Shown here in pieces: positions 38,981 through 51,416 of a DNA stretch of 64,000 nt (the first letter of the stretch is position 1; each line of letters opens with the position of its first letter). The stretch is taken from NCBI GenBank assembly GCA_963698925.1, contig CAVOSR010000001.1, positions 384,096 to 448,095 on the forward strand. The letters run 5' to 3'. Made by a program: the position numbers and the translations under genes. The notes under the pieces were generated by a model, which had not been told where the DNA came from, searched no databases, and saw only the letters and a list, made by a program, of their open reading frames with translations. This DNA comes from an uncultured Actinomycetes bacterium. Lineage in GTDB: Bacteria; Actinomycetota; Thermoleophilia; Gaiellales; Gaiellaceae.

Positions 38981-40214
38981 ATGTCCACCGCCTCCGCAAC
39001 CGACCTCGGAGCCAACTCGGAGGTCGGAACGCTGCGGACAGTGATCGTGCATCGGCCCGATCTCGCCCACGAGCGGCTGTCGCCGACGAACTCCCACGAA
39101 TTGCTGTTCGACGACGTGATCTGGGTGCGGAGGGCCCGCCAGGAGCACGACGCGTTCGTCGACCTGATGAGGGAGCGAGGCGTCGAGGTGCTGCTCTTCC
39201 ACGACCTGCTCACGGCGACGCTCGAGCAGCCCGACGCGCGGGAATGGGTGCTCTCGCGGCGGCTGCGTCCGGAGGAGGTGACCGTGATGTTCGCGGCCGA
39301 TCTGACCGAGTGGATGTCCGGAATGCCCGCAGACGAATTGGCGACGCGCCTCACCGGCGGCGTGACGGTGCAGGAGCTTCCCGAGTCCGTCGCGTCGGTG
39401 GTGAAGGGCGCGATGCGGCCGACGGACTTCGTGATCGCCCCGCTCCCGAACCAGCTCTTCACGCGCGACACGAGCGCCTGGATCTACGGCGGCGTCTCGA
39501 TCAACCAGATGTACTGGCCCGCCCGGCAGCACGAGACGCTGAACGTCGAGGCGGTCTACCGCTTTCATCCGCGCTTTCGCGATGCGGGCTTCCAGATCTG
39601 GTACGGCGGCTTCGACCACGACTGGGGCAGCGCGTCGATCGAGGGCGGCGACGTCATGCCGGTCGGAGACCGCGTCGTCCTCGTCGGGCAAGGGTGAGCG
39701 GACGACGGCGCGCGCCGTCAGCATCCTCGCCCAGAACCTCTTCGCCGCGGACGCGGCGCGGCTCGTGATCGGCGCGCAGATGCCCAAGGGGCGCGCCGCC
39801 ATGCACCTCGACACGGTGTTCACGTTCTGCGACCGAAACGTCGTGACGATCTACGAGCCGGTCGTGTCGGAGATCCTCCCCATCCTCTACCGCCCCGACG
39901 GGAACGGCGGTGTGAAGGCTGAGATCTCGAAGCGGTCGTTCCTCGACGAGGTCAAGGACACGTTGGGCATCGAGGACCTGAAGGTCGTCACGACGGCCGG
40001 GAACGAGTTCGAGGCCGAACGGACGCAGTGGGACGACGGCAACAACGTCGTCGCGCTCTCACCAGGCGTCGTCGTCGCATACGAGCGGAACGAGTCAACC
40101 AACGCGAAGCTGTCCAAGGCGGGCATCGAGGTGCTGGCGATCGCCGGCCAGGAGCTCGGCCGCGGTCGCGGCGGCGGGCACTGCATGACCTGCCCCGTCA
40201 CCCGGGACGCATGA
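38981..40214 (+). pseudogene. arcA: Arginine deiminase, one frameshift
   Basis: Met71 of ORF 38771..39697 (GAAAGGAG RBS) gives GANSEVGTLRTVIVHRPD..FTRDTSAWIYGG. It continues in ORF 39582..40214 (MHLDTVFTF.., [13 protein letters not shown] with the catalytic Cys). Frameshift near 39690. Confidence 0.9.
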
Positions 40215-40229
40215 CAAAGGAGTGATGAG

Positions 40230-41239
40230 ATGAGCACCGTTATCGACCTGCACGGCAAGCACCTGCTCAGGCTTGCCGACTTCAGCCCGGAGGAGATCGC
40301 CTATCTGATCGACCTCGCGGCCGAGTTGAAGGCTGCGAAGCGCGAGGGCCGCGAGGAACAGAAGCTCGTCGGCAAGGAGATCGTCTTGATCTTCGAAAAG
40401 GACTCGACGCGGACGCGCTGCGCGTTCGAGGTCGCCGCGTTCGACCAAGGCGCGCACGTCACGTTCCTCGGGCCGTCCGGATCGCACATGGGGCACAAGG
40501 AGACAGTCAAGGACACGGCGCGCGTGCTCGGACGGATGTACGACGCGATCGAGTTCCGTGGCTTCGACCAGACCGCCGCGGAAGAGCTCGCGCAGTGGTC
40601 CGGCGTGCCGGTCTACAACGGGTTGACCGACGAATGGCACCCGACGCAGATCCTCGCCGACTTCCTGACGTTCAAGGAGCACATCCCGAAGCCGCTGAAC
40701 GAGGTCGTCTTCTGCTACCTCGGCGACGCGCGCTTCAACATGGCGGACTCGTACCTGATCGGCGGCGCGAAGCTGGGAATGGACGTCCGGATCGCGAGCC
40801 CGAAGTCGCTCTGGCCCAGCCGACGAGATCGTCGAGCTCGCCCGCTCGATCGCGGCCGAGACCGGCGCGACGATCACGATCACCGATGACGTCGCAGAGG
40901 CCGTTCGCGGCGCCGACGCGCTGCTGACCGACGTCTGGGTCTCGATGGGCGAGGCCGACGAGGTCTGGGCAGCAGCGGATCGAGCTGCTCAAGCCGTACC
41001 AGATCAACGCGAAGGCACTCGAGCTGACGGGCAACCCCGACGTGAAGTTCATGCACTGCCTGCCGGCGTTCCACAACACCGACACGCAGGTCGGCAAGGA
41101 GATCTTCGAGAAGTTCGGGATGGAGGCGCTCGAGGTGACCGAGGACGTGTTCGAGTCGCCGGCTTCGCTCGTCTTCGACGAGGCCGAGAACCGGCTGCAC
41201 ACGATCAAGGCGGTCATGGTCGCCACGCTCGGGAGCTGA
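40230..41239 (+). pseudogene. arcB: Ornithine carbamoyltransferase (catabolic context), two frameshifts
   Basis: The motifs are [21 protein letters not shown] and, in a later frame, FMHCLPAFH. Frame changes are near 40812 and 40970. Confidence 0.9.
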
Positions 41240-41243
41240 CCTG

Positions 41244-42182
41244 ATGCGCGTCGTCGTCGCCCTCGGAGGAAACGCGCTCCTCCAGCGCGGGCAGCCGCTC
41301 ACCGCGGAGAACCAGCGTGCGAATGCGCAGACCGCGTGTCGTGCCCTCGCACCGCTCGCACTCGAGCACGAGCTCGTGGTCTCGCACGGCAACGGCCCGC
41401 AGGTCGGGCTGCTCGCGCTGCAAGGATCGGCCTACACCGCCGTCGAGCCGTACCCGATGGACGTCCTCGGCGCGCAGACCGAGGGGATGATCGGCTACAT
41501 CCTCCAGCAGGAGCTCGGCAACGAGCTGCCGATCGACGTGCGGCTCGCGTCACTGCTGACGCTCGTCGAGGTCGACGGCGCCGATCCGGCGTTCGCGAAC
41601 CCGACGAAGCCGATCGGGCCGATCTACGCCAAGGACGAGGCCGATGCGCTCGCCGCCGAGAAGAGCTGGACGTTCAAGCCGGACGGCGACAGCTTCCGCC
41701 GCGTCGTTCCCTCCCCGATGCCGCAGCGCATCTTCGGGCTCGAGCCGCTCGAGTGGCTGCTCGACAAAGGGTGCGTCGTCATCTGCGCCGGTGGCGGCGG
41801 CATCCCGGTGATGTACGTCGACGAGCCCGTCCCGGCAGGGCGGCGGCTCGTCGGTGTCGAAGCCGTGATCGACAAGGACTTCGCGACCGCGCTGCTCGCC
41901 GTCGATCTCAAAGCCGACGCGGTGATCATCGCGACGGACGTCGACGCCGTCTACTCCGGCTGGGGGACACCCGACCAGCAGGCGATCCGCCGCGCTTCGC
42001 CGAGCCAGCTCGCCGAGCTGGACTTCGCCGAAGGCTCGATGGGACCAAAGGTGCGCGCCGCCTGCATGTTCGCCGAACGCACGGGCGGCATTGCAGCGAT
42101 CGGCTCGATCAACGACACTGCAGCCCTGCTCCGAGGCGAGGCCGGAACGACGGTCGCTCTCGACACGGCCGAGATCAGGTAA
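41244..42182 (+). CDS. arcC: Carbamate kinase
   Basis: Intact 312-aa ORF reading [29 protein letters not shown]. Confidence 0.9.
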   Translation: MRVVVALGGNALLQRGQPLTAENQRANAQTACRALAPLALEHELVVSHGNGPQVGLLALQGSAYTAVEPYPMDVLGAQTEGMIGYILQQELGNELPIDVRLASLLTLVEVDGADPAFANPTKPIGPIYAKDEADALAAEKSWTFKPDGDSFRRVVPSPMPQRIFGLEPLEWLLDKGCVVICAGGGGIPVMYVDEPVPAGRRLVGVEAVIDKDFATALLAVDLKADAVIIATDVDAVYSGWGTPDQQAIRRASPSQLAELDFAEGSMGPKVRAACMFAERTGGIAAIGSINDTAALLRGEAGTTVALDTAEIR

Positions 42183-42192
42183 GGAGGCGACG

Positions 42193-44979
<2,787 letters not shown>

Positions 44980-44982
44980 CCG

Positions 44983-46581
44983 ATGTCTGTCGAGACGACT
45001 GCGGCAACGGTGAAGGACGAGGGCGGGGACACGCGGCTCGCGATCCTCCTCGCGATGGCGATGTTCGTGCTCGTCGTCGACACCTCGCTGATGAATGTCT
45101 CCATCTCGGCCGTCGTGCACGACCTCGACACGACCGCCAGCGGGGTGCAATCGGCGATCGCGCTCGAGGCGCTCGTCTCGGCGGCGTTCATCCTGATCGG
45201 CAGCAAGATCGGCGACCTGATCGGACGCAAGCGCGCCTACGTCCTGGGCCTGCTCGGCTACGCGCTCGGAGCGCTCTCGATGACCCTGTCGCAGAGCCTG
45301 CTCCCGATCGTGATCTTCTGGGCGGTCATCGGCGGCCTCGGGGCGTCGCTCCTCCTCCCCGCGATGCAGTCGCTGATCCACGGCAACTTCCAGGGCGCGA
45401 TGCAGCGCAAGGCCTACGCGCTCGTCGGAGCCGCCGCCGCGATCGCCGCCGCCGTCGGCCCACTCGTCGGCGGTTTCATCACGACGTACCTGTCGTGGCG
45501 CATCGCGTTCCTCGGCGAGGTCGTGATCATCGGGATCGTCCTCAGCGGGATCGGGCTCGTGCACGACGTGCCGTACACGGGAGACCGCCACGTCGACGTC
45601 GTCGGCGCGATCCTGTCCGCCGTCGGCATGGGCGGCGTCGTCGTAGGCATCCTCGTCTGGGAGGACGGAGGCGGACCGGTCGCCCTCCTGATCGGGGTCG
45701 GGATCGTCGCGCTCGGCTCGCTCGCGTGGTGGCTCGTCAAGCGCAAGCGCGAGCACAAGCCGGCGCTGATCGACGCTGACCTCTTCCGGTCGACGTACTT
45801 CCGCCTCGGCATCACCGGCCAGACGCTGCAGCAGATCGCGCTCGGCGGGCTGATGATCGCCTTGCCGATCTTCCTGCAGATGGTGCTCGAGTACACCGCG
45901 ATGGGCGCCGGCCTGACACTTGCGCCGCTGTCGCTGAGCATGTTCGCCGTGGCCCTGCTGGCCGGCAAGAAGGCGGGCAACCGAAGCCCGAGCAAGATCA
46001 TCCGCGCCGGGTTCCTCCTCCTCGCGGCCGGCGTCGCCGTGCTCATCCCGATCGTGCCGCGCGCGGATTCGGGCTGGGCGATGGTGGTGCCGCTGCTGAT
46101 CGCGGGCACGGGTCTCGGGCTGCTCGTGTCGCAGCTCAACAACTACACCCTGTCCCCGATCGAGGAGGAGCGCGTCAGCGAGGCCGCGGGCGTGAACTCG
46201 GCCGGCGGCTCGTTCGGTCTCTCCTTCGGGCTCGCCGCCGCCGGCGCGATCATGCTCGGCTCGCTGTCGCTCGTCTTCACGCACATGGCCGACTCGAGCA
46301 AGGTGCTCTCGTCGAGCGAGCAGGCGCAGGTCTCGGAGGGGCTCCAGGAGAACGCCGAGGTGATGAGCAACACGCACCTCGCGGAGCTCCTGAAGGGGCA
46401 GCCGCGCGACGTGCAGGACGAGATCCTCCGCATCAACACGAAGGCGCGCCCGATCGCGCTGCAGATCGCCCTGCTGGTGCCGCTGCTCGCCGCGCTCGCG
46501 GGCCTGTTCATGGGCTTCCGCATGACGCGCCTCCCCGACCCCGAGCCATCCGGCGCAGCCGAATCGCTGCTCGCCGGCTGA
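44983..46581 (+). CDS. MFS transporter, 14-TM DHA2 (EmrB/QacA-like) drug:H+ antiporter family
   Basis: Intact 532-aa ORF with about 14 hydrophobic segments and the motif LIGSKIGDLIGRKR after TM2. Confidence 0.8.
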   Translation: MSVETTAATVKDEGGDTRLAILLAMAMFVLVVDTSLMNVSISAVVHDLDTTASGVQSAIALEALVSAAFILIGSKIGDLIGRKRAYVLGLLGYALGALSMTLSQSLLPIVIFWAVIGGLGASLLLPAMQSLIHGNFQGAMQRKAYALVGAAAAIAAAVGPLVGGFITTYLSWRIAFLGEVVIIGIVLSGIGLVHDVPYTGDRHVDVVGAILSAVGMGGVVVGILVWEDGGGPVALLIGVGIVALGSLAWWLVKRKREHKPALIDADLFRSTYFRLGITGQTLQQIALGGLMIALPIFLQMVLEYTAMGAGLTLAPLSLSMFAVALLAGKKAGNRSPSKIIRAGFLLLAAGVAVLIPIVPRADSGWAMVVPLLIAGTGLGLLVSQLNNYTLSPIEEERVSEAAGVNSAGGSFGLSFGLAAAGAIMLGSLSLVFTHMADSSKVLSSSEQAQVSEGLQENAEVMSNTHLAELLKGQPRDVQDEILRINTKARPIALQIALLVPLLAALAGLFMGFRMTRLPDPEPSGAAESLLAG

Positions 46582-46586
46582 TGGTC

Positions 46587-46631
46587 GTCACAGTTCGGTA
46601 GCGGTGGCAGCCACCCACACGGAACTGCAAC
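46587..46631. repeat. Single copy of the GGTGGCAGCCACC-containing unit (see 49923..50060)
   Basis: GTCACAGTTCGGTAGCGGTGGCAGCCACCCACACGGAACTGCAACG, with the core palindrome at 46603..46615. It lies between the MFS stop and the yfcC start. Confidence 0.75.
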
Positions 46632-46719
46632 GCGCTCTCCCCGCACCGCGGCATCCCACCCTTGCCGTCGAGGCGTCGCGCGACGAGAATCGCTGCACCC
46701 AAGCCCGAGGAGGCGTTCG

Positions 46720-48222
46720 ATGAGCGAAGGCGAAGGCGCCGTCGCCTCAGCCGACGAGCCGGCAGGCAAGAGCCGCTTCACGCTCCCGTCTGCGTACACC
46801 ATCCTGTTCGCGCTGATCGTGCTCGCCGCGATCGCGACCTGGGTGATCCCGGCCGGCGTCTACAACCTGAACGCCGCGGGCGAGCCGGTTCCGGGGACGT
46901 ACCACGAGGTGGCGTCGCAACCGGCGCACATCCTGCGCGACTCGCTGACGGCGCCGATCAACGGCCTCTACGGGATCGAGGACGCGAAGGGGAACATCAA
47001 CTACTACAACTCGGGAACGCTGTTCGGCGCGATCGACATCGCGCTGTTCATCCTCGTGATCGGCGGCTTCCTCGGCGTGACGATGAAGACGGGGGCGATC
47101 GAGGCGGGCATCGGCAGTCTCGTGCAGCGGATGCAGGGCCAAGGAGCGGCTGATGATCCCGGTGCTGATGAGCGTCTTCGCCCTGGGAGGCACGACGTTC
47201 GGGATGGCCGAGGAGAGTCTCGCCTTCTACGCGCTCGTGATCACGGTGATGATCGCCGCCGGGTACGACGCGCTGACGGGTGCGGCGATCGTGCTGCTCG
47301 GCTGCGGCATCGGCGTGCTCGGCTCGACGGTCAACCCGTTCGCGACCGGGATCGCGTCCGGGATCGCGGGCATCTCGATCAGCGACGGCATCATCGGACG
47401 GCTGGTGATCCTGATCGCCGGCCTGGTCGATCGGCATCTTCTTCGTCCTCCGCTACGCCGACCGTGTGAAGAAGGATCCCTCGAAGTCGGTCGTCTACGA
47501 CCTGAAGGCCGAGAACGAGGCGCGCTTCCGGGCGGCGACCGACGACGGCGAGGTCACGCTCACCGGCAAGCAAAAGATGGTCCTGGCCGTCTTCGCGCTC
47601 GCGTTCGTCGTGATGATCTACGGCGTCGTTCCGTGGGAGGACCTCGGGATCCCGTTCCCGACCTGGTGGTGGTGGTTCCCCGAGATGACCGCCTCCTTCC
47701 TGCTCTTCGCGATCATCATCGGGCTGATCGGCCGGATGGGCGAAGGCGCGCTGACGGCCAGCTTCGTCGACGGCGCGCGGGATCTCCTCGGGGTCGCGCT
47801 GATCATCGGCATCGCCCGCGGCATCACCGTGATCATGAACAACGGCCAGATCACCGACACGGTCCTGCACTGGATCGAGAAGGCGCTCGGCGACACGGGC
47901 GACGTCACGTTCCTGATCTTGATGTTCCTGCTCTTCCTGCCTCTGTCGTTCGTGATCCCCTCGACCTCGGGGCTGGCGACGCTGTCGATGCCGATCATGG
48001 CTCCGCTGGCGGGCTTCATCGGCGTGTCGACCGCGCTCGTCGTGACCGCCTACCAGAGCGCCTCAGGCGTCATGAACCTCGTCGTTCCGACCTCTGCGGT
48101 CGTGATGGGCGGCCTCGCGATCGCCCGCGTCCCGTACGGCACCTACCTTCGCTGGGTCTGGCCGCTGCTCGCGCTGCTCAGCGCCCTGTCGGTGATCGTG
48201 CTCGCGCATCGGAGCAGTCCTG
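46720..48222 (+). pseudogene. YfcC family (DcuC-like) putative basic amino acid/peptide transporter, about three frameshifts
   Basis: The blocks FTLPSAYTILFALIVLAAI.., MIPVLMSVFALGGTTFGMAEES.., and KKDPSKS..FLLFLPLSFVIPSTSGLATLSMPIMAPLA lie in three frames. Changes are near 47145 and 47425, and probably near 48200 (which gives ..VLAIGAVL and a stop at 48220). Confidence 0.75.
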
Positions 48223-48258
48223 TGAGCTCCGTGCGTCGAGCCTGGAAAGGAGGATCAG

Positions 48259-48408
48259 ATGCGGCGCGCCGTTGAATGGCTGCTGATCGTCGCGGCCGCG
48301 CTGCTCGTCGTCGGTCTGATCGCCTACGCGCGCGGCCCGAAGCATCACCGCGGCGACGAGGTCGGCACGCACGGCACGAAGATCGTCGTCGTGCACATCG
48401 TCCCCTGA
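48259..48408 (+). CDS. Small single-TM protein (49 aa), hypothetical
   Basis: The ATG is preceded by GGAAAGGAGG. The product is MRRAVEWLLIVAAALLVVGLIAYARGPKHHRGDEVGTHGTKIVVVHIVP. It is below the size cut-off of the ORF track and lies between yfcC and pepD. Confidence 0.4.
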   Translation: MRRAVEWLLIVAAALLVVGLIAYARGPKHHRGDEVGTHGTKIVVVHIVP

Positions 48409-48424
48409 CGGCGAGGGAGTCTCG

Positions 48425-49904
48425 ATGGCGGCCGAGAGCGCGGTACTGAGCGGAGTCGAGCCCGGCGCGTGCTGGCGGCACTTCGAGGCGCTGACCAGGA
48501 TCGCGCGCCCGTCGCGACACGAGGAGCAGGTGATCGAGCACGTTCGCGGCTGGGCTGCCGAGCACGGCTTCGAGCTTCGCCAGGACGCGGCCCGCAACCT
48601 CGTCGTGCGCGTGCCGGCGACGCGCGGGTCGTGAGTCGGCGCCGATGCTCGTCCTGCAGGGGCATCTGGACATGGTCTGCGAACGTCTGCCGGACAGCCC
48701 CTACGATCCGGCCGAGGGCAGGATCGCGCTTGTTCGCGACGGCGACTGGCTGACCGCCGACGGGACGACGCTCGGCGCGGACAACGGCATCGGCATCGCC
48801 GCGATGATGGCGCTGGCCGAGGACGAATCGCTGCCGCACGGCCCGCTGGAGCTGCTGATGACGGTCAACGAGGAGGTCGGCGGCCCGAACGAAGGCGCGA
48901 GCGCGCTCGACCCGAGCCTTGTCAGCGGGGCGACGCTGATGAACCTCGACAGCGAGGAAGACGGGAAGCTGACCGTGGGCTCTGCGAGCAGCACCGACAC
49001 GTCGATCCGCGTTCAGAAGCCGCGGCAGCCGCGCGACGCGAGCGCGGTGACGCTGTCGGTGGCTGTGAGCGGAGGTCTCGGCGGGCATTCCGGCGTCGAC
49101 ATCGCCCACGGCCACGCGAACGCGATCAAGGTGCTCGGACGAGCGCTACGCGAGGCACTCGCCGTCGCGCCGTTCCGGCTGGTCTCCCTGCAGGGCGGCA
49201 AGAGCTGGAACGCGATTCCGCGGGACGCAACCGCGATCTGTTCGGTGCCTCCCGAGCATGAGATCGACTTCCGTGCTGCGGTCGAGACGTCAGCGGCGGC
49301 GATCGCCGACGCCTACGCCAACACCGATCCAGGCGTCACCGTGACGGTCGCGGGCGCGGCCGACGCGGCGGAGGCCTGGACGGCCGAGGGGACACGCGAC
49401 CTGCTCGATCTTCTCGCAGTCGTCCCGAGCGGGCCGCTCGCGATGAGCCCGGACTTCGACGGGCTCGTCGAGACGAGCACCTCGATCGGGCAGGCGGTCA
49501 CCGACGGGTCGACGCTCACGCTGCACAGCCTCTCGCGCTCGTCCAACGCCTCGGCGCTGCCCGAGGTGATCGCCGCGCTCGATGCCGCCGCTCGCCTCGC
49601 CGGAGGCTCGCTCGAGATCGGGCAGGCCGACCCCGGCTGGCGACCCAACCTCGACTCGCCCGTCCTGGACGTCGCCCGTCGCGTCTACGAGCGGCTCTTC
49701 GGAGAGGCTCCGATCGTCACGGCGGTGCACGCCTGGCTGGAGACGGCCGTGATCGGCGACCGCGTTCCCGGCGGCCTCGACATGATCTCGTTCGGCCCGC
49801 AGATCGAGGCGCCGCACTCACCCGACGAGCGGATCAGCATCCCGACCGTCGAGCGATTCTGGCGGTTGCTCGGCGGCGTCGTCGACGAGTTCTCAGCCGC
49901 CTGA
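48425..49904 (+). pseudogene. pepD: Aminoacyl-histidine (Xaa-His) dipeptidase, M20 family, one frameshift
   Basis: WRHFEALTRIARPSRHEEQV.. is in ORF 48425..48634, then VLQGHLDMV..ADNGIGIA..TVNEEVG..FGPQIEAPHSPDERI is in ORF 48645..49904. Frameshift near 48635. Confidence 0.85.
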
Positions 49905-49922
49905 CGGCAACAGGCTGCGCGC

Positions 49923-50060
49923 AGGCCGCAGCCACCATACGAACGTGCAACCACGCCGTGACGGTCCCGTAGCGGTGGCAGCCACCCAGACGGAAACGCA
50001 ACACGGCCGTGACTGTTCCGTACTGGTGGCAGCCACCCAGACGGAAGCGGCAACGAGCGT
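49923..50060. repeat. Three tandem ~51-nt units (first one degenerate) with core palindrome GGTGGCAGCCACC flanked by TTCCGT/ACGGAA arms
   Basis: Cores are at 49974..49986 and 50025..50037. A degenerate copy (GGCCGCAGCCACCATACGAACGTGCAAC) starts near 49923. The orientation is the same as the copy at 46587..46631. Confidence 0.8.
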
Positions 50061-50111
50061 GTTCCCTGCACAGCGGCAGCGACCCGGCTATCAGCCGTTC
50101 CGTCGTTTCAA

Positions 50112-50143
50112 CGACTGAAAGGCCCTCGCGGGCCTTTCAGTCG
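50112..50143 (+). terminator. Strong hairpin CGACTGAAAGGCCC-TCGC-GGGCCTTTCAGTCG
   Basis: It has a 14-bp stem and lies about 200 nt after the pepD stop. The stem core GAAAGGCCC/GGGCCTTTC is the same as in the hairpin after tRNA-Gly. Confidence 0.55.
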
Positions 50144-50272
50144 GTCAAACACAACCTCGGAAGGAGGTCGGGCGCCAACGTACCTGGTGCGTGACCGGCG
50201 CCAGGTGGCCAAGCTGGGTCAGAACCGTGCTACCCGGCTGACGAGGGCGTTGGAGGTAGCCTCGGCGGCAGC

Positions 50273-51199
50273 GTGCGCGCGGTTGTGGTTCGTAAGCCGG
50301 GGACGGCCGAGTGTCTCGAGTCGGCGGAGCTCCCACGACCGACCGCGAGGGCAGGGTGCGTCGTGGCCCGCGTCGGAGCGGCCGGAGTGAATCCGATCGA
50401 TGCGACCAACCGGGCAGACCCGAGTTGGGCCGGGATCGAGCCACCGTACGTCGTCGGCTATGAGTTCGCGGGCTGGATCGAGGAGGTCGGCTCCGGGGTT
50501 GCGCGGTTCGCCCGCGGGGATGCGGTTTGGGGCGTGTGCCCGGTCCGCGGCACCCGCTGGGGGACGTACGCGGACTACGTCGAGCTCGAGGAGAGTTGGG
50601 TCGGCCCGCGCCCCACGACGCTCGACGTGATCGAGGCGGCTGCGATTCCCCTGCCCGGCTCGACTGCGCTCCAGGTGCTCGATCGTCTCGCGTTGCAGTC
50701 GGGCGAGTCGGTGCTCGTGCACGGCGCGAGCGGGAGTGTGGGGCGCTTGTTCGTGCAGCTCGCTCGGATGCGAGGCATCCGAGTCGCTGCATCCTCGAGC
50801 CGCGAGCGGCATCAGCTTCTGCGTGAGCTTGGGGTCGACAACGTGATCGACCGTGAGCAGGGCGACGTCATCGGTGCTGCGGTGCGCGTTGTCGGCGGCC
50901 CGCTCGACGCGGTGGCGGATTTTGCGGGCCACGGGCTGCTGGGCCCGAGCCTCGTCGGCATCCGGGCGGGTGGGTCGGCGGCGTCGATCGTCGAGCTCAG
51001 AGGCGATTTCGAGGAGGCGATCGACCGCAACATCCGGCTTCACGGCGTCCTCGTCCGCCCGGAGCGGGCAACGCTCGACTGCCTGTGCGAGGCCGTGGAG
51101 CGTGGCGTGCTGCGGCCGGCGGTCGACGCCGTCGTCGGACTCGATGCGATTGTTCGGACGCATCGCGAACTCGACACCGCGGTCGAGCGAGGAAGGTGA
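50273..51199 (+). CDS. Zinc-type alcohol dehydrogenase / quinone oxidoreductase family (MDR) protein
   Basis: Intact 308-aa ORF reading MRAVVV..GVNPID..GYEFAG..VLVHGASGSVG. Confidence 0.8.
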   Translation: MRAVVVRKPGTAECLESAELPRPTARAGCVVARVGAAGVNPIDATNRADPSWAGIEPPYVVGYEFAGWIEEVGSGVARFARGDAVWGVCPVRGTRWGTYADYVELEESWVGPRPTTLDVIEAAAIPLPGSTALQVLDRLALQSGESVLVHGASGSVGRLFVQLARMRGIRVAASSSRERHQLLRELGVDNVIDREQGDVIGAAVRVVGGPLDAVADFAGHGLLGPSLVGIRAGGSAASIVELRGDFEEAIDRNIRLHGVLVRPERATLDCLCEAVERGVLRPAVDAVVGLDAIVRTHRELDTAVERGR

Positions 51200-51368
51200 T
51201 CCTTCGGATGGCGGACGTCGATGAGGTCGCGTGAGTCGATGCTGCCGACCGGGCCAGCGATACCGTCGGCCACCTCGCACGCGCCGCCGACCGCGGGTTC
51301 GGGACGCGACGCAACGTGCTCGGCACGATCAGCGCGGAGCCGACGCTTCCACGACGCCGGCCCGCGAT

Positions 51369-51409
51369 GCCGGTGAGGGTGGGACGAACGGCGCCTCACC
51401 CTCACCGGC
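51369..51409 (-). terminator. Hairpin GCCGGTGAGGGTG-N15-CACCCTCACCGGC, 8 nt downstream of the spike-like gene
   Basis: A 13-bp perfect stem read directly. It lies between convergent genes. Confidence 0.5.
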
Positions 51410-51416
51410 CAACCCG

